DNA of 46,385 bases from Octopus sinensis (lineage: Eukaryota). The notes below the pieces were generated by a model. It saw only the letters and a list, made by a program, of their open reading frames with translations. It had not been told where the DNA came from and did not search any database. The translations under genes were made by a program, and so were the position numbers. The stretch covers positions 1 through 46,385 of the forward strand of contig NW_021833837.1 in the NCBI RefSeq assembly GCF_006345805.1. The letters run 5' to 3'. Shown piece after piece: positions 1-10,951 of this stretch (its first letter is position 1; each line of letters begins with the position of its first letter).

Positions 1-83
1 CACACATACAAACGACACACACACACACACACTCTCTCTCTCTCTCAAACACATGCATATACATTTGCACAAGCACATAGTAA

Positions 84-1693
84 TCTCTTATTATAAAAGG
101 CAGATTTTATCTGCCTCCCTTTGTAACTTATAGAAATCTACAATATAGGATTTCTTCAATTACAATTTACCTAGCATTTTTAAGAATAGAATGCATCGCG
201 TCATGCCAGGTCCAGTTTTTAAAATTAAACTCCAATTAAGCAAAATTTACAGAAAACTCACATTCTGGTGTGTATGTCAAATGCTTTTCTTAATGTGGTT
301 TACACCACAACGACAACCACACACACAGTGTGCAACGAATAAAATGAAAGTAATAGCGATTGAGTGATTTGAGGAAGACTAAACTGAAAGTATTTAAACC
401 ACTACTCAAAAAATAAAAAAACACCAACAGAAACAAATAAATACATACGCGATTTACTCCTCACACAATTTCTTCAATTAGAGTGTACCCATGATTTTTC
501 AGAGTACTTCAGTGGGTTGATGCCATAAAAAATTTCTTTCAATTTTACCACCAATTAAGACAAAATTCGAGAAAACTCAATATTTTAACATATCACTCCG
601 AAGCATTGATGTACATGTGTGCGTGCGTGAGTGTGTGTGTGTCATTCCTCACACACACACATACACATACATATATGAGAGTGGAAACACAAACGTTTCA
701 AACAACTACATACAAAATTAGTAAAAAAGGCGCCAAAACACAACTCACTTATCATTCCAACACATTTGCAAAGACACACACAACGGTGGAATTGCTATAA
801 CAATACAGAAAAGGTAAATTGGTTTTTATTTTACTCTGTATATATTTTATTATATATTATATATAGATATATGTATATAATTGCAGTATGAAACAGTGTT
901 TGTGTATAAACAGACGACACTTATATATAGTTATTATAATAAGAGATTAATAAATGTATGCATCCGTTTAACCCTTTCGTTACCAAACCGCCCGAATTTA
1001 ACTATTCATATTTAAATGAGAATATCAGAGCAAATCTCTTTAGTACATTCGTGAAAACACTTATTATACTTCGTAAACACTTCAACTACAGTTTTGTATG
1101 TACAAAAATCGAAGCGTAATTTTAATTCCGTGAATTAGGGAGATTTTTTTCCGAAATTTGTTCCTATTGTGTTTTCAAAATTTGTAATTCTGACAAAAAT
1201 GGATACGAATTTCATTATATCAAGCAGCGAGTCAGAATTCGAAGATTTTTTCTACTGAAGACCTTCATAAATCTAACTCTATGACTGAAAAAAAAAAGCA
1301 TCTTTATATAAGAGTGAAGTTGTGTGTCTGTCTCTTACGATTTAGATTCCTAACTACTCCCACATTTTGCGGTGCAGTTTAACCAAAAGCGGGTATCTTA
1401 TAGTCGTGATTCATATCGAGTCCTTCTGGGTATTAGCGCGCGTCTACGATGAGTCTACGATTTTAAAAAAATTTACCATCATATTTTTCCTTTTTAATGC
1501 ATTTTTTCGCTTTTATATAGGGGAAGTAACTCTCTAAAAATATCTACGATGTGTCAACGATTTTTAAAAAAAATTACCTTAATTTTTTTTCAATTTTTAA
1601 TGCATTTTTTGCTATTTTTTGGCTATAACTCTCTAAAAATGCTTATATAGTTATTTCCCTTACAACCTGAGCAACGCCGGGCGATACTGCTAG
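84..1693 (+). mobile_element. Non-autonomous (composite) Helitron
   Basis: Begins A|TCTCTTATTATAAAA at 84 and ends with an imperfect GC hairpin CCTGAGCAACGCCGGG (1666-1681) followed by CTAG|T (1690-1694). Joining the two flanks gives GCACATAGTAA|TTAATATATAAG, which occurs uninterrupted in the next unit of the local tandem repeat (1782-1804). The insertion is therefore at A^T with no TSD, as established for Helitrons. Confidence 0.8.
1301..1693 (+). mobile_element. Short Helitron unit supplying the 3' end of the composite
   Basis: A second Helitron-type start, A|TCTTTATATAAGAGTGAAGTTGTGTGTCTGTC, lies 393 bp upstream of the hairpin-CTAG end. Confidence 0.55.
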
Positions 1694-2329
1694 TTAATAT
1701 ATAAGCGTACACACACATACAAACGACACACACACACACTCTCTCTCTCTCTCTCAGCCACATGCATATACATTTGCACAAGCACATAGTAATTAATATA
1801 TAAGTATACACACACATACAAACGGACATATACATACACACACATACGCACACAAGCATACATTACACGTTCGTGTCTTGCCCCTTGCCGCAACAAATTT
1901 GCACAAAAGGTAAATAAACCAGAAGGGGGTGGGTCAATGTTTCATCGTTTCGGGGTCGATAAAAATAAGTACCAATTACGCACTGGTGTCGAGGATTTTT
2001 CCCCAATTTATATCACAGCTTCCGACAAGCTGGGGGCATCATTTTATGAAAAAATATTTCGCAATTTTTACAATACGACTCACACTCCACGCGCAAACTC
2101 GAGACCGATTTAGGCATATTATTGTTTTGTTTTTGTTTGTTTCTGGCCATTCAAACCAGGGAGAAGTCTTTTTGTAAAAAAAAATAAAGAAAATATTCAA
2201 AAAATATCGTTAATATTTTTATTGGGCGACGAAATTAATCGATTTAAGAGATATAGCTGTTATTTCTAGCACATGTAGAAGACAGAAGAAGAGGTAAATA
2301 ATTTGATCTCGAATGCTGCGATTTCATTG

Positions 2330-2486
2330 GTTAAAATTCTTAAATTAAACTACGTTTAGTTACGAATTACAATTTTGTTTTCAATTTTGTTACAATAATG
2401 TTTTCTTTTGACACATTCTACCAGTATACGAAGTTTCAAATTGTTTAGTTAACTAGGAAAATCTGGCCTTCAAAATGAAAAGATCC
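2330..2486 (-). mobile_element. Terminal arm of a GGATCTTTT MITE-family relative
   Basis: ACACATTCTACCAGTATACGAAGTTT...GAAAAGATCC matches the right arm of the 9177-9945 element. Confidence 0.5.
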
Positions 2487-2489
2487 TAT

Positions 2490-2504
2490 ATGGATATATA
2501 TATA

Positions 2505-2536
<32 letters not shown>

Positions 2537-2537
2537 T

Positions 2538-2583
<46 letters not shown>
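2490..2583. repeat. (TA)n + (AG)n microsatellite
   Basis: Direct reading. Confidence 0.95.
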
Positions 2584-2585
<2 letters not shown>

Positions 2586-2922
2586 TATGAGCAACTGAAA
2601 TGTGTATATTCATGAATGTAATCGTAATATACAGCAAACAAATGTGTGTGTTATACATATATTAATAGGTGAAGGTATAATGTATACATATTTTTGACCC
2701 AGCAAGACCATCTTGAGTTTTAGTTTATACATCCCACAATGTATAGCTTCTTCTCATGTCTACCAAATACTGCATTTAGCAGAATATACACACATATTAG
2801 AGAGATCATCACAGATTATATAACTATATATGAAGGAAAATCGTTTTGTGAAAGAGAGAATGTCTGACAATTAGAGCCAACTGATCGAAGGCAGATTCTC
2901 ATCAATCTCAAAAAACAACAAC

Positions 2923-3420
2923 GGATCTTTCCTTTTGAACGGCACATGTCAAACACAATTTCTAGTTAACTAAACACTTTTACTTCGTATACTGGTAGAA
3001 TGTGTTTATAAACATCATTTTTTCTTGGCTTTATTGAGAAAATTCTATATGTTGTAAGATATTTCCACTTTAATTTCAAGCATTCGGCAATTTTAACCAA
3101 TCGCTGGAGTCTATTTGGAGTGAAAACATTCCGTGCTGTATGAATATGTCCTCGTTTAAGAAACAGATTGGTTTATTTACATTTGCGAAGTAAAAAGATA
3201 CCCTTCCCCCACCCCCAACCCTAACCCTGACTCACCCTAACTCTAACCCTAATCTAAAATATAAATGCAATAGATGGATACTAGGGTTATGATTATGGGT
3301 GACGATTTCATACGACACCGCTACGGAAAAATGGGAATTTTTTCGAGCAGTGTCAAATGAAAATGTCACCCATAATTATAACCCTAGTATCGATCTATTG
3401 CATTTCAATCTATTTACATA
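2923..3420 (+). mobile_element. Truncated foldback (MITE dimer) copy
   Basis: Has the left TIR GGATCTTTCCTTTTGAACGGCAC, (CCCTAA)n-like repeats and the same central inverted junction as 9177-9945. The right arm is lost after ~3420. Confidence 0.75.
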
Positions 3421-3815
3421 TTATTTACTGCCATAACAAGCTATAGGATCTTTTTCTTCTGTTTTAGATCTCAAATAACATTTTCTTTGGAGAAAAATTG
3501 ATCGATTTCTCCAAATCAATATCAAGAGAGGACACTGAATCACACAGCGTCAATCTTAAGAACTGCTGGATCTCAAAGAATATCTCCAAAACAAAAAGAA
3601 TCTGTTATGACAAGAAATGATGAAAAAGATTTTTTTGTGATTCAATGAGAGGATACATGGAGAAAATGAGAAAATGTTATTTGGTTACTACTATCATGTT
3701 GTTATCGTGTCACACTGTCACTATTATGGTATCTTTGGATATTCAATTTGTCTGGAATTGCAAGAAATTTTGAAACAAAAGCAGATCTGAAGATTTTAGT
3801 TAATTCAAGCCTTAC

Positions 3816-3967
3816 TTCTCCACAGCATAATGCAATGCTGTCTGGTTCTTTTCGTTGCCGATGTTGAGATCAGCGCCAGATTCTGTCAATAAGGTTATTA
3901 ACTCTTTATTGCCTTGTTCACAGGCAGCCATGAGAACCGTAACACCTTTTGAATTTTTCCTGTTGAC
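3816..3967 (-). CDS. Ankyrin-repeat protein, internal coding exon (VNRKNSKGVTVLMAACEQGNKELITLLTESGADLNIGNEKNQTALHYAVE)
   Basis: The translation has clear ankyrin motifs (G-x-T-x-L-x-x-A, GADLN, TALHYA). Acceptor is tcttctctttcttctcttcag and donor is AA|gtaagg. The exon is 152 nt, phase 0 to phase 2. Confidence 0.85.
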
Positions 3968-4257
3968 CTGAAGAGAAGAAAGAGAAGACATGTGAAATAT
4001 ATTAAAGAAGAGAGAGAGAGAGAAAAGGGAGAGAGAAAAGGGAGAGAGGGAGAGAGAGTAAAGAAGATGCAAGAGTGAAAAAAAGGAATACGAAAGAGAA
4101 ATAAAGATAAACACACACACACAAATGCATGCACACACACATACTCACACACACACACACACACACACACACATCATGTTGCAGGGGTTTTCTCAGCCAG
4201 ATTTTGCCCTTATTTAGAGTTACACTCCTCCTAGATGAGTCAGGAGACCTTGCAGAC

Positions 4258-4420
4258 ACAGGCGTGGCTGTGTGGTAAGGAGTTTGCTTTCCAACCACAT
4301 GGTTCTTGGTTCAATCTCACTGTGTGGCACTTGAGTGTCTTCTTTTATAGCCCCGGGATGACCAAAGCTTTGTGAGTGAGCCTGACAGAAAATGAAAGAG
4401 ACCCATCATACATATGTATG
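4258..4420 (+). mobile_element. tRNA-derived SINE (CORE-like family), partial
   Basis: GGCGTGGCTGTGTGG (A-box-like) and GGTTCAATC (B-box-like) are followed by a body that also occurs at 42750-42900 and 44030-44112. Confidence 0.65.
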
Positions 4421-4434
4421 TGTGTGTGTGTATG

Positions 4435-4466
<32 letters not shown>

Positions 4467-4639
4467 TATATAAGCGTGCACACACACAAGTATGTGTGTG
4501 TCTAATTATATATTTGTAAATATGTATTTGTGTATATATGTGTGTGTGTGTGATATATATATATATACATGTATCCTCATTCTATATTAATCAAGATTGG
4601 AGCCTGGTGCAGCCATCTGGTTCGCCAATCCTTAATCAC

Positions 4640-5045
4640 ACTCGTCTATACTGATATGTATGCATGTATAGGTTACATCTCCATCTGGTATGCTCATTTT
4701 ATCCAAAATACCGAACAACTGGAAGCTGTCCCAGATGTACAACCACACAATAGCCTCTCTCAATCACTTATTATTCCTTAAAAGTATTGGCTTTCCATGC
4801 ATCAACACACAAAAGTTTTTATTTCGAGCAACTCACTTGATAGAATCCCACAAGATTATCCCTCATCTTTCAATAACAACTTTGATCACTTCTGGAATTT
4901 AATATCTTTACCACTCTGAGACATGCTATAAAGTAAAAAAAAAAACACCCATCCCAGTTCCATGATATCAGAAACAATATTTTTTATGCTCAGAATTGTC
5001 AAGGCATGGAATAAACTATCTACATTGGTTGTTAGCTGTATCCTC
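4640..5045 (+). mobile_element. Old CR1-group LINE, 3' ORF2 remnant
   Basis: Interrupted translation fragments SIWYAHFIQNTEQLEAV, LIESHKII and LRIVKAWNKL resemble the CR1 ORF2 C-terminus. Confidence 0.55.
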
Positions 5046-6859
5046 AAAAACACCACACTTTCTGTAATTCAGAAACAACACATCTGAGGTTCCTATGCAC
5101 CCTTTCCTTTTTGTGGTTCTTTTACTGCTCCCTTTTAAGTCTTTATGAGTTTATATTCTGTGTTATACTATGATATGCACTTTAGGCGACCATTGGTGTC
5201 TTTCTTGACATGATTTGTGCTTCCTGTCCTTTCATAGAAGTGGACAGAGCATATCGAGGGAAACCAGTACAAATACCGTTTCATGGTAGATGAAGAGTCT
5301 TTCTTATGAAACATGAAATGTCTGTCTTTAGTTACAACCTCACTTTTGTCTGAGTGAAGGCCAAAAAAATCAGTTGAGACAATCTTCCAGTTTATTACTG
5401 GTATTTGTGATATCAATTTTGAATTGAAGAGAACACTGACAAGATTTCAAACTTGATCTGATAGGAGACACACAGGTAAATAAGAGAAACCATCTACACT
5501 AACCACCGCAGAGATTAGACCATAAGATGGTGTATAAAGTATTGGACAGGTGAAGAGCTATAAAGGGTGAAAAACCTCAGAAATAATTGTGTAGATTCTA
5601 AATATGTCAGACAGGGTTTTAGTTTTATATTCCCTGGAAAAGCTCATGAAATTCTATACTGTGTTATCACTGATGCCTGGCATAGTAGCACTTTCATTTA
5701 ATGCTATAATGATGAAGGAGATTTAAATGATGGTGAGAGAAGAACAGGATGTTTGAAATGAAGCATGGATCTTCAGATGTCATATGTCTGGTGAAACAGC
5801 CACATGAGATCTACTTGGAAAAGAATGAAAGCAAATCTACAAGAAAGGTTTTAGAGAACTGTCCCTTATTCTATTGACTGTAGAGCACAGGTAAATCAGG
5901 GCGAAAAAAGCTTAGAAAGACTGTTCAGTTCATGCATAAGCTCAAGGAAAAGATTGAAAATCCTTTTACGCTAATCACTGAATCTATTACAAAGTAATTA
6001 TTTGTGATTAGATATCTGCGACAACTTTGGAACGACACCAACCACAGCTAAATATGTGCAACTATGAAAAGGAGGAGACACAAATGAAAAGAAACAATGG
6101 AGAATATAAGAAATATTCTGAAAGTAGGGATCAGAATTTTGAGCCTAAATGAGGCAGCAGCAGTGTCAGGGCTTACATTAGTTTGTAGCCATACAATATG
6201 TAAGAAGGTGTGAGTGGTTCATACACAACTGTATTACACCTGTACAAAAAAACACTATCGACTTCACCTTGAGGAAAACACCTACCCTCACTAAACTGGC
6301 AGACATTCACCCACCATTGAAATACACGTATGATGGTCATCAAGAAATTAAAGGATATTTTTTCTGCATTTCACCATTTGTCAGCTGTCTTCTCTCCCAA
6401 ATTAAAAGCCACATTTTCTGGTCTCTTACCTAGAGTATCTCTATAGATTTTACAGAATCATTCCACCCACCACTCCCTAACCATGATTGTTCTATACCAG
6501 TGCTTCTTAAACTTTTCAATTATGGCCTTTTTTTATTTACTAAGAGTTTTTCAATGCCCCTTTTCTTGCTATGATTCAATATCTCTGATTTTTAATGTTC
6601 TCACGGGTCAGATTAATTTACCTTTGGGTCCTAGTCTTGACATGGGTGACTACTTACCACAGCACCACCCCACAATGAGTGAACATTTGATGCATCAACA
6701 CTTCACTTTAGTTTCTGATCCAAACTCAACTACACATTGAGTTTTATATATTTGTACGACCATAGCTGCCTTGGCTCCCTGGTCCTTATAAAATTTTCCA
6801 CAAACCCTACCCAAGTGTAGCACTACTCTCTTAGAGAAGCCCTGTCTTATAATTCTTGC

Positions 6860-7270
6860 TGATAGTGTCCTATCTGCTGACTACCAGCCAGTCATTCTAA
6901 CTTCCAATATTTCAATTATGAAGTAAAAAGTCATAAACAACCATCATCTTTGTCCCTTTGGGTATCTTTCTCTATTCAATGAGCCCCAGAACAGTTCCAT
7001 AAAGCCGGTTCAAGCAGAGGTCTGATTCCTACGTGACTCCCCAGTGTTTTGGTTATGTTTGACAACTTCTGCAAAAGAAATACTGTAGCCCTTGACATCG
7101 GTAAAACCTTTGACTGTGTATGGCAAGAGAATTTCTTGACAAAGTCATCATTTATCTATTGAGTCCATCTGTCCCCCATCTCTTGGACTGAATATTTCCT
7201 GCCAGAATACTCCATTGCAGTGTGTAAGGATGGGTTTCTCTCTCACTCACATTCCATCAATTCTGGCATG
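6860..7270 (+). mobile_element. Degraded CR1/L2/Jockey-group RT remnant
   Basis: Fragments DYQPVILTSNIS (compare NYRPISLTS), VALDIGKTFDCVW (compare ALDISKAFDRVW) and INSGMP, with many stops. Confidence 0.5.
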
Positions 7271-7449
7271 CCTCATTGTCTGGTTGATTATTTATAAAAA
7301 GTGACAATGATGAGGATTAGAGGAAAGAGGTAAAGAAAGAAATGAAATATTATGGACGAATATATCTGGTTATTTAGGAACATCTAATATTGTGTATAAA
7401 ATAATAAACAAACATTCAACATTGAAGAAGCAATATAAAGTAAACTTAC

Positions 7450-7535
7450 TGTTTCAGGATTTTCTTTGATAAATCGTTTCACATCTTCAAAGTCCCCATT
7501 CCAAATCTTGCTTATAATTTTATTTACATCCATGT
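7450..7535 (-). CDS. Ankyrin-repeat protein, upstream coding exon (MDVNKIISKIWNGDFEDVKRFIKENPET); possibly holds the start codon at 7533
   Basis: Not in the ORF track. Acceptor tttcctttttattcaaag and donor ACA|gtaagt. It ends in phase 0 and joins the 3967 exon to give GDFEDVKRFIKENPET-VNRKNSKGVTVL, a continuous ankyrin-like repeat. Confidence 0.75.
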
Positions 7536-7776
7536 CTTTTGAATAAAAAGGAAAGTAAGATGGTTTTTAAAAACTTATAAAATGAGGTAAAGAGCAATTT
7601 AAAGAAGACTGTGTTTCTCAAATCTCCCATGAAATGACATAAATATTAAAAACTTCAGCTTCTCTCAACAATTATTTATAGCTGAATGTTTCTTCGACAC
7701 TAATAAACCTAACAACAGTCATTGTGTTGCATCTTTTGGTTTGCTACATTGCTCTGCTTATCACAGTCTCATTGGT

Positions 7777-7920
7777 CACACACACACATGCACACACGCA
7801 CACACACACACACACAAGCACACGCACACACACAATCACACATGCACACACACAATCACACATGCACACACACAATCACACATGCACACACACACATGCA
7901 CACACACACAAGCACACACA

Positions 7921-7960
<40 letters not shown>
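7777..7960. repeat. (CA)n-derived microsatellite with CACAATCACACATG subrepeats
   Basis: Direct reading. It explains the His/Thr ORFs at 7722-8019. Confidence 0.95.
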
Positions 7961-7962
<2 letters not shown>

Positions 7963-8250
7963 GGCGTGTGTGTATTTACATTTGTTGTCTCTGGCAATTT
8001 CTTAGCTTTCGGTGATTAGATTGTTATCATTTCTCCCGTTGACGAATAAACCATTGGAATAAGAGATCCCCTACTTGAGCAACAGGTAAGGATTAAGGAC
8101 ATGAAGGGGATCCAGAAATAAAAAAAGGCATCAAATACATATTCATCTAACCCATGCTAGCATGGAAAACAGACGTAAAAATGACTACCATACGTACATA
8201 TGCAAACATATGTACATCTATGTATATGTATACATGTGTGTGTGTGTAAA

Positions 8251-8500
8251 GGCGTGTGGCCTAGTGGTTAGGGTGTTGCACTCACAGTGGCTAGATTGTG
8301 GGTTCAATTCTCATACTGAGCAGTACTTGTATTCTGAGCAAACACCTCATTTCACTTTGCTGCAGTCCACCAGCTGTAAATGGTCACCCTCCAATAGACT
8401 TGTGTTGTGATTAGGGGGAACACTCACTGGCCTGCTTGAAAGTTGAATGATGCAAAGCACATTGTGACCAGGGATGTGTAACAGCATTTGATAGTTTGGT
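8251..8500 (+). mobile_element. Degenerate tRNA-derived SINE
   Basis: TGGCCTAGTGG A-box and GGTTCAATTC B-box. The tail CATTGTGACCAGGGATGTGTAAC is shared with the SINEs at 22566, 26713 and 37036. Confidence 0.6.
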
Positions 8501-8504
8501 CCAA

Positions 8505-10066
8505 CACACCGTCTATATACACGCATACCTGCACGTCTATATACGCACACACACATGCGCGCACAATAAACGGTTCATACACACGTCTATATACACACAT
8601 GTACAAGAAAAAACACGGCTAAAGGCAAAATACAGGAAAATGTGTAAAAAAATATGTAAAAAGGCAATGAGTAAAACACGTCCTATATACGCACATGCTC
8701 GCATGCACGCACGCACACACATGTCTATATACGCCCGTGTCCGCACACATGCACACATCCACACACAAAAGATTCCATATACACGTCTATATACGCACAG
8801 GGAAAATGCAGGGTGGAAGGTAGAATAGAGAAAAAATATTTGTAAAAAATATATGAGCAATAAACCTATAAAACAATATCTCTATAAATATGTAAAAAAT
8901 ATATATAGATATATATATATAAAAATATAAAGAAATATAAGTAAAAAGTATAGAGAGATAAAAAGCTTGTACGTGGACACACATGCATGCGAGTATGTGT
9001 GTATATAGACGTGTTTTAGTCTTTGTCTTTTTTACACATTTTCCTCTATTTTGCCTTTAGCCGTTTTTCTTATACATGTGCGTATATAGATGTGTGTATG
9101 TACCTTTTTGTGTGTGTGTGTGCGCGCGTATAGAGACGTGTTTTACTTTTATTACTTATTTTTTTATATGTATTTTGGATCTTTTCCTTTTGAACGGCAC
9201 ATGTCAACACAATATCACTTTTTCTTGGCTTTATTGAGAAAATTCTATATGTTGTAAGATATTTCCCCTTTAAAATTGAGCATTTCGGCAATTTTAACCA
9301 ATCGCTGGAGTCCATTTGGGGTGAAAACATTCCGTGCTGTATGAATATGTCCCTCCTTTACGAAACAGATTGGGTTTATTTACATTTGCGAAGAAAAAAA
9401 GATACCTTTCCCCACCCCTAACTCTAACCCTAACCCTAAAATAGATTGAAATGCAATAGATCGATACTAGGGTTATAATCATGGGTGACAATTTCATACG
9501 ACACCGCTACGGAAAATGGGATTTTTTTCTAGCGGAGTCAAATGAAAATGTCACCCATAATTATAACCCTAGTATCAATTTACTGCATTTCAATCTATTT
9601 TAGGGTTAGGTTTAGAATTATGGTTAGGGTTAGGGTTAGGGTTAGGTGTGGGGGAAAGGGTATCTTTTTTTCTTCGCAAATGTAAATAAACCCAATCTGT
9701 TTCTTAAACGAGGGACATATTCATTCAGCATGGAATGTTTTCACCCCAAATAGACTCCAGCGATTGGTTAAAATTGCCGAAATCCTCGATTTTAAAGAGG
9801 AAATATCTTACAAACTATAGAATTTTCTCAATAAAGCAAAGAAAAAATGATGTTTTATAAACACATTCTACCAGTATACGAAGTTTAAAAGTGTTTAGTT
9901 AACTAGAAATTGTGTTGCCATGTGCCGTTCAAAAGGAAAAGATCCTGTATTTTGCCTCTAGCCCTGTTTTTTCTTGTGCATGTGCGTATATAGACATGTG
10001 TATGAACCATTTTTGTGCATATGTGTGTGTGTGTGTGCGCGAGCGTGTGTGCTGTGTGTGTGTATG
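8505..10066. repeat. ~150-bp unit (GTCTATATACGCAC...GGCTAAAGGCAAAATACAGG) in one forward and two inverted copies
   Basis: 8505-8800 is reverse-complementary to 8985-9170 and 9946-10060. The foldback element interrupts one of the inverted copies. Confidence 0.6.
9177..9945. mobile_element. 769-bp foldback DNA element with 8-bp TSD
   Basis: Starts GGATCTTTTCCTTTTGAACGGCACATG and ends CATGTGCCGTTCAAAAGGAAAAGATCC, and is almost fully palindromic. TGTATTTT flanks it at 9169-9176 and 9946-9953. Confidence 0.9.
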
Positions 10067-10067
10067 C

Positions 10068-10269
10068 GGCGAGCTGGCGGAACCGTTAGCACGCAGGGCG
10101 AAATGCGTAGCCATACTACGTCTGCCGTTACGTTCTGAGTTCAAATTCCGCTGAGGTCGACTTTGCCTTTCATCCTTTCAGGGTTCGATTAATTAAGTAC
10201 CAGTTACGCACTGGAGTCTGTCCTTGTTTGTCCCCTCTGTGTTTATCCCCTTGTGGGTAGTAAAGAAGT
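10068..10269 (+). mobile_element. tRNA-derived SINE (GGCGAGCTGGC family), internally deleted
   Basis: Head GGCGAGCTGGCGGAACCGTTAGC, B-box GAGTTCAAATTCC and central GTCGACTTTGCCTTTCATCC. Aligns with 10497-10724 apart from one deletion. Confidence 0.8.
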
Positions 10270-10277
10270 ATGTATAT

Positions 10278-10830
10278 CATCATCATCATCGTTTAACGTC
10301 CGCTTTCCATGCTAGCATGCGTTGGACGATTTTGGCTGAGGGCTAGCGAACCAGATGACCGCACCAGGCTCCAATCTTGACCTGGCAGAGTTTCTACAGC
10401 TGGATGCCCTTCCTAACGCCAACCACTCCGAGAGTGTAGTGGGTGCTGTTTATGTGCTACTGGCATGGGGGTCAGTCAGGCGGTACTGGCAATGACGGCG
10501 AGCTGGCAGAAACGTTAGCATGCCGGGCGAAATGCTTAGCGGTATTTCGTCTACAGCTACGTTCTGAGTTCAAATTCTGCCGAGGTCGACTTTGCCTTTC
10601 ATCCTTTCGGGGTCGATTAATTAAGTACCAGTTACGCACTGGGGTCGATGTAATCGACTTAATACCTATGTCTGTCCTTGTTTGTCCCCTCTATGTTTAG
10701 CCCCTTATGGGTAATAAAGAAATAGGTACTGGCAATGACCTTGCTCGAATCTTTTTACACATGCCATTGGCACAGGTGCCAGTGAGGCGATGTTGGTAAC
10801 GATCACGCTTGAATGGTGCCCTTTTACATA
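10278..10830 (-). mobile_element. RTE 3' UTR fragment, split by a SINE
   Basis: (ATC)n tail plus GTTTAACGTCCGCTTTCCATGCTAGCATG...CAGCTGGATGCCCTTCCTAACGCCAACCACTCC, matching the 3' ends of the RTE copies. Confidence 0.75.
10497..10724 (+). mobile_element. Full-length tRNA-derived SINE with 15-bp TSD
   Basis: GGTACTGGCAATGAC occurs at 10482-10496 and 10725-10739. The element has a Pol III box-like head and an A-rich end. Confidence 0.9.
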
Positions 10831-10951
10831 TATATATATATATATATATACGACAAGAAATAATTTTTGTCTCCTTTCTATGGAAACAAAGGGTTTATAG
10901 GACTGCAAAAAAAGAAGTGCTCAAATGTAACTGAGACAGAGATAAAGAAAC

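Noticed and set aside
934-946. Inverted copy of the Helitron start TCTCTTATTATAA as a TIR
   Set aside because: It is only 13 bp of AT-rich sequence with no TSD; it could be chance or a nested fragment.
968-1290. piggyBac-like element (TTAA-CCCTTTCG)
   Set aside because: Only one terminus was found and there is no matching inverted end or ORF; kept only as cargo of the Helitron.
3420-3745. Next exon of the ankyrin gene (acceptor-like sites near 3742 and 3602)
   Set aside because: The required phase-2 continuation reaches a stop within 9-15 codons and gives no ankyrin motif.
5600-5900. Very old RTE thumb remnant (ERRTGC.EMK)
   Set aside because: The motif match is too short and too interrupted to support a call.
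7722-8019. His/Thr-rich ORFs (and the YI-, CV- and SL-rich ORFs across the window)
   Set aside because: They are translations of (CA)n, (TA)n, (TG)n and (AG)n microsatellites.
9600-9660. Telomere or chromosome-fusion site
   Set aside because: The tracts are short and sit at a fixed position inside a dispersed MITE family.
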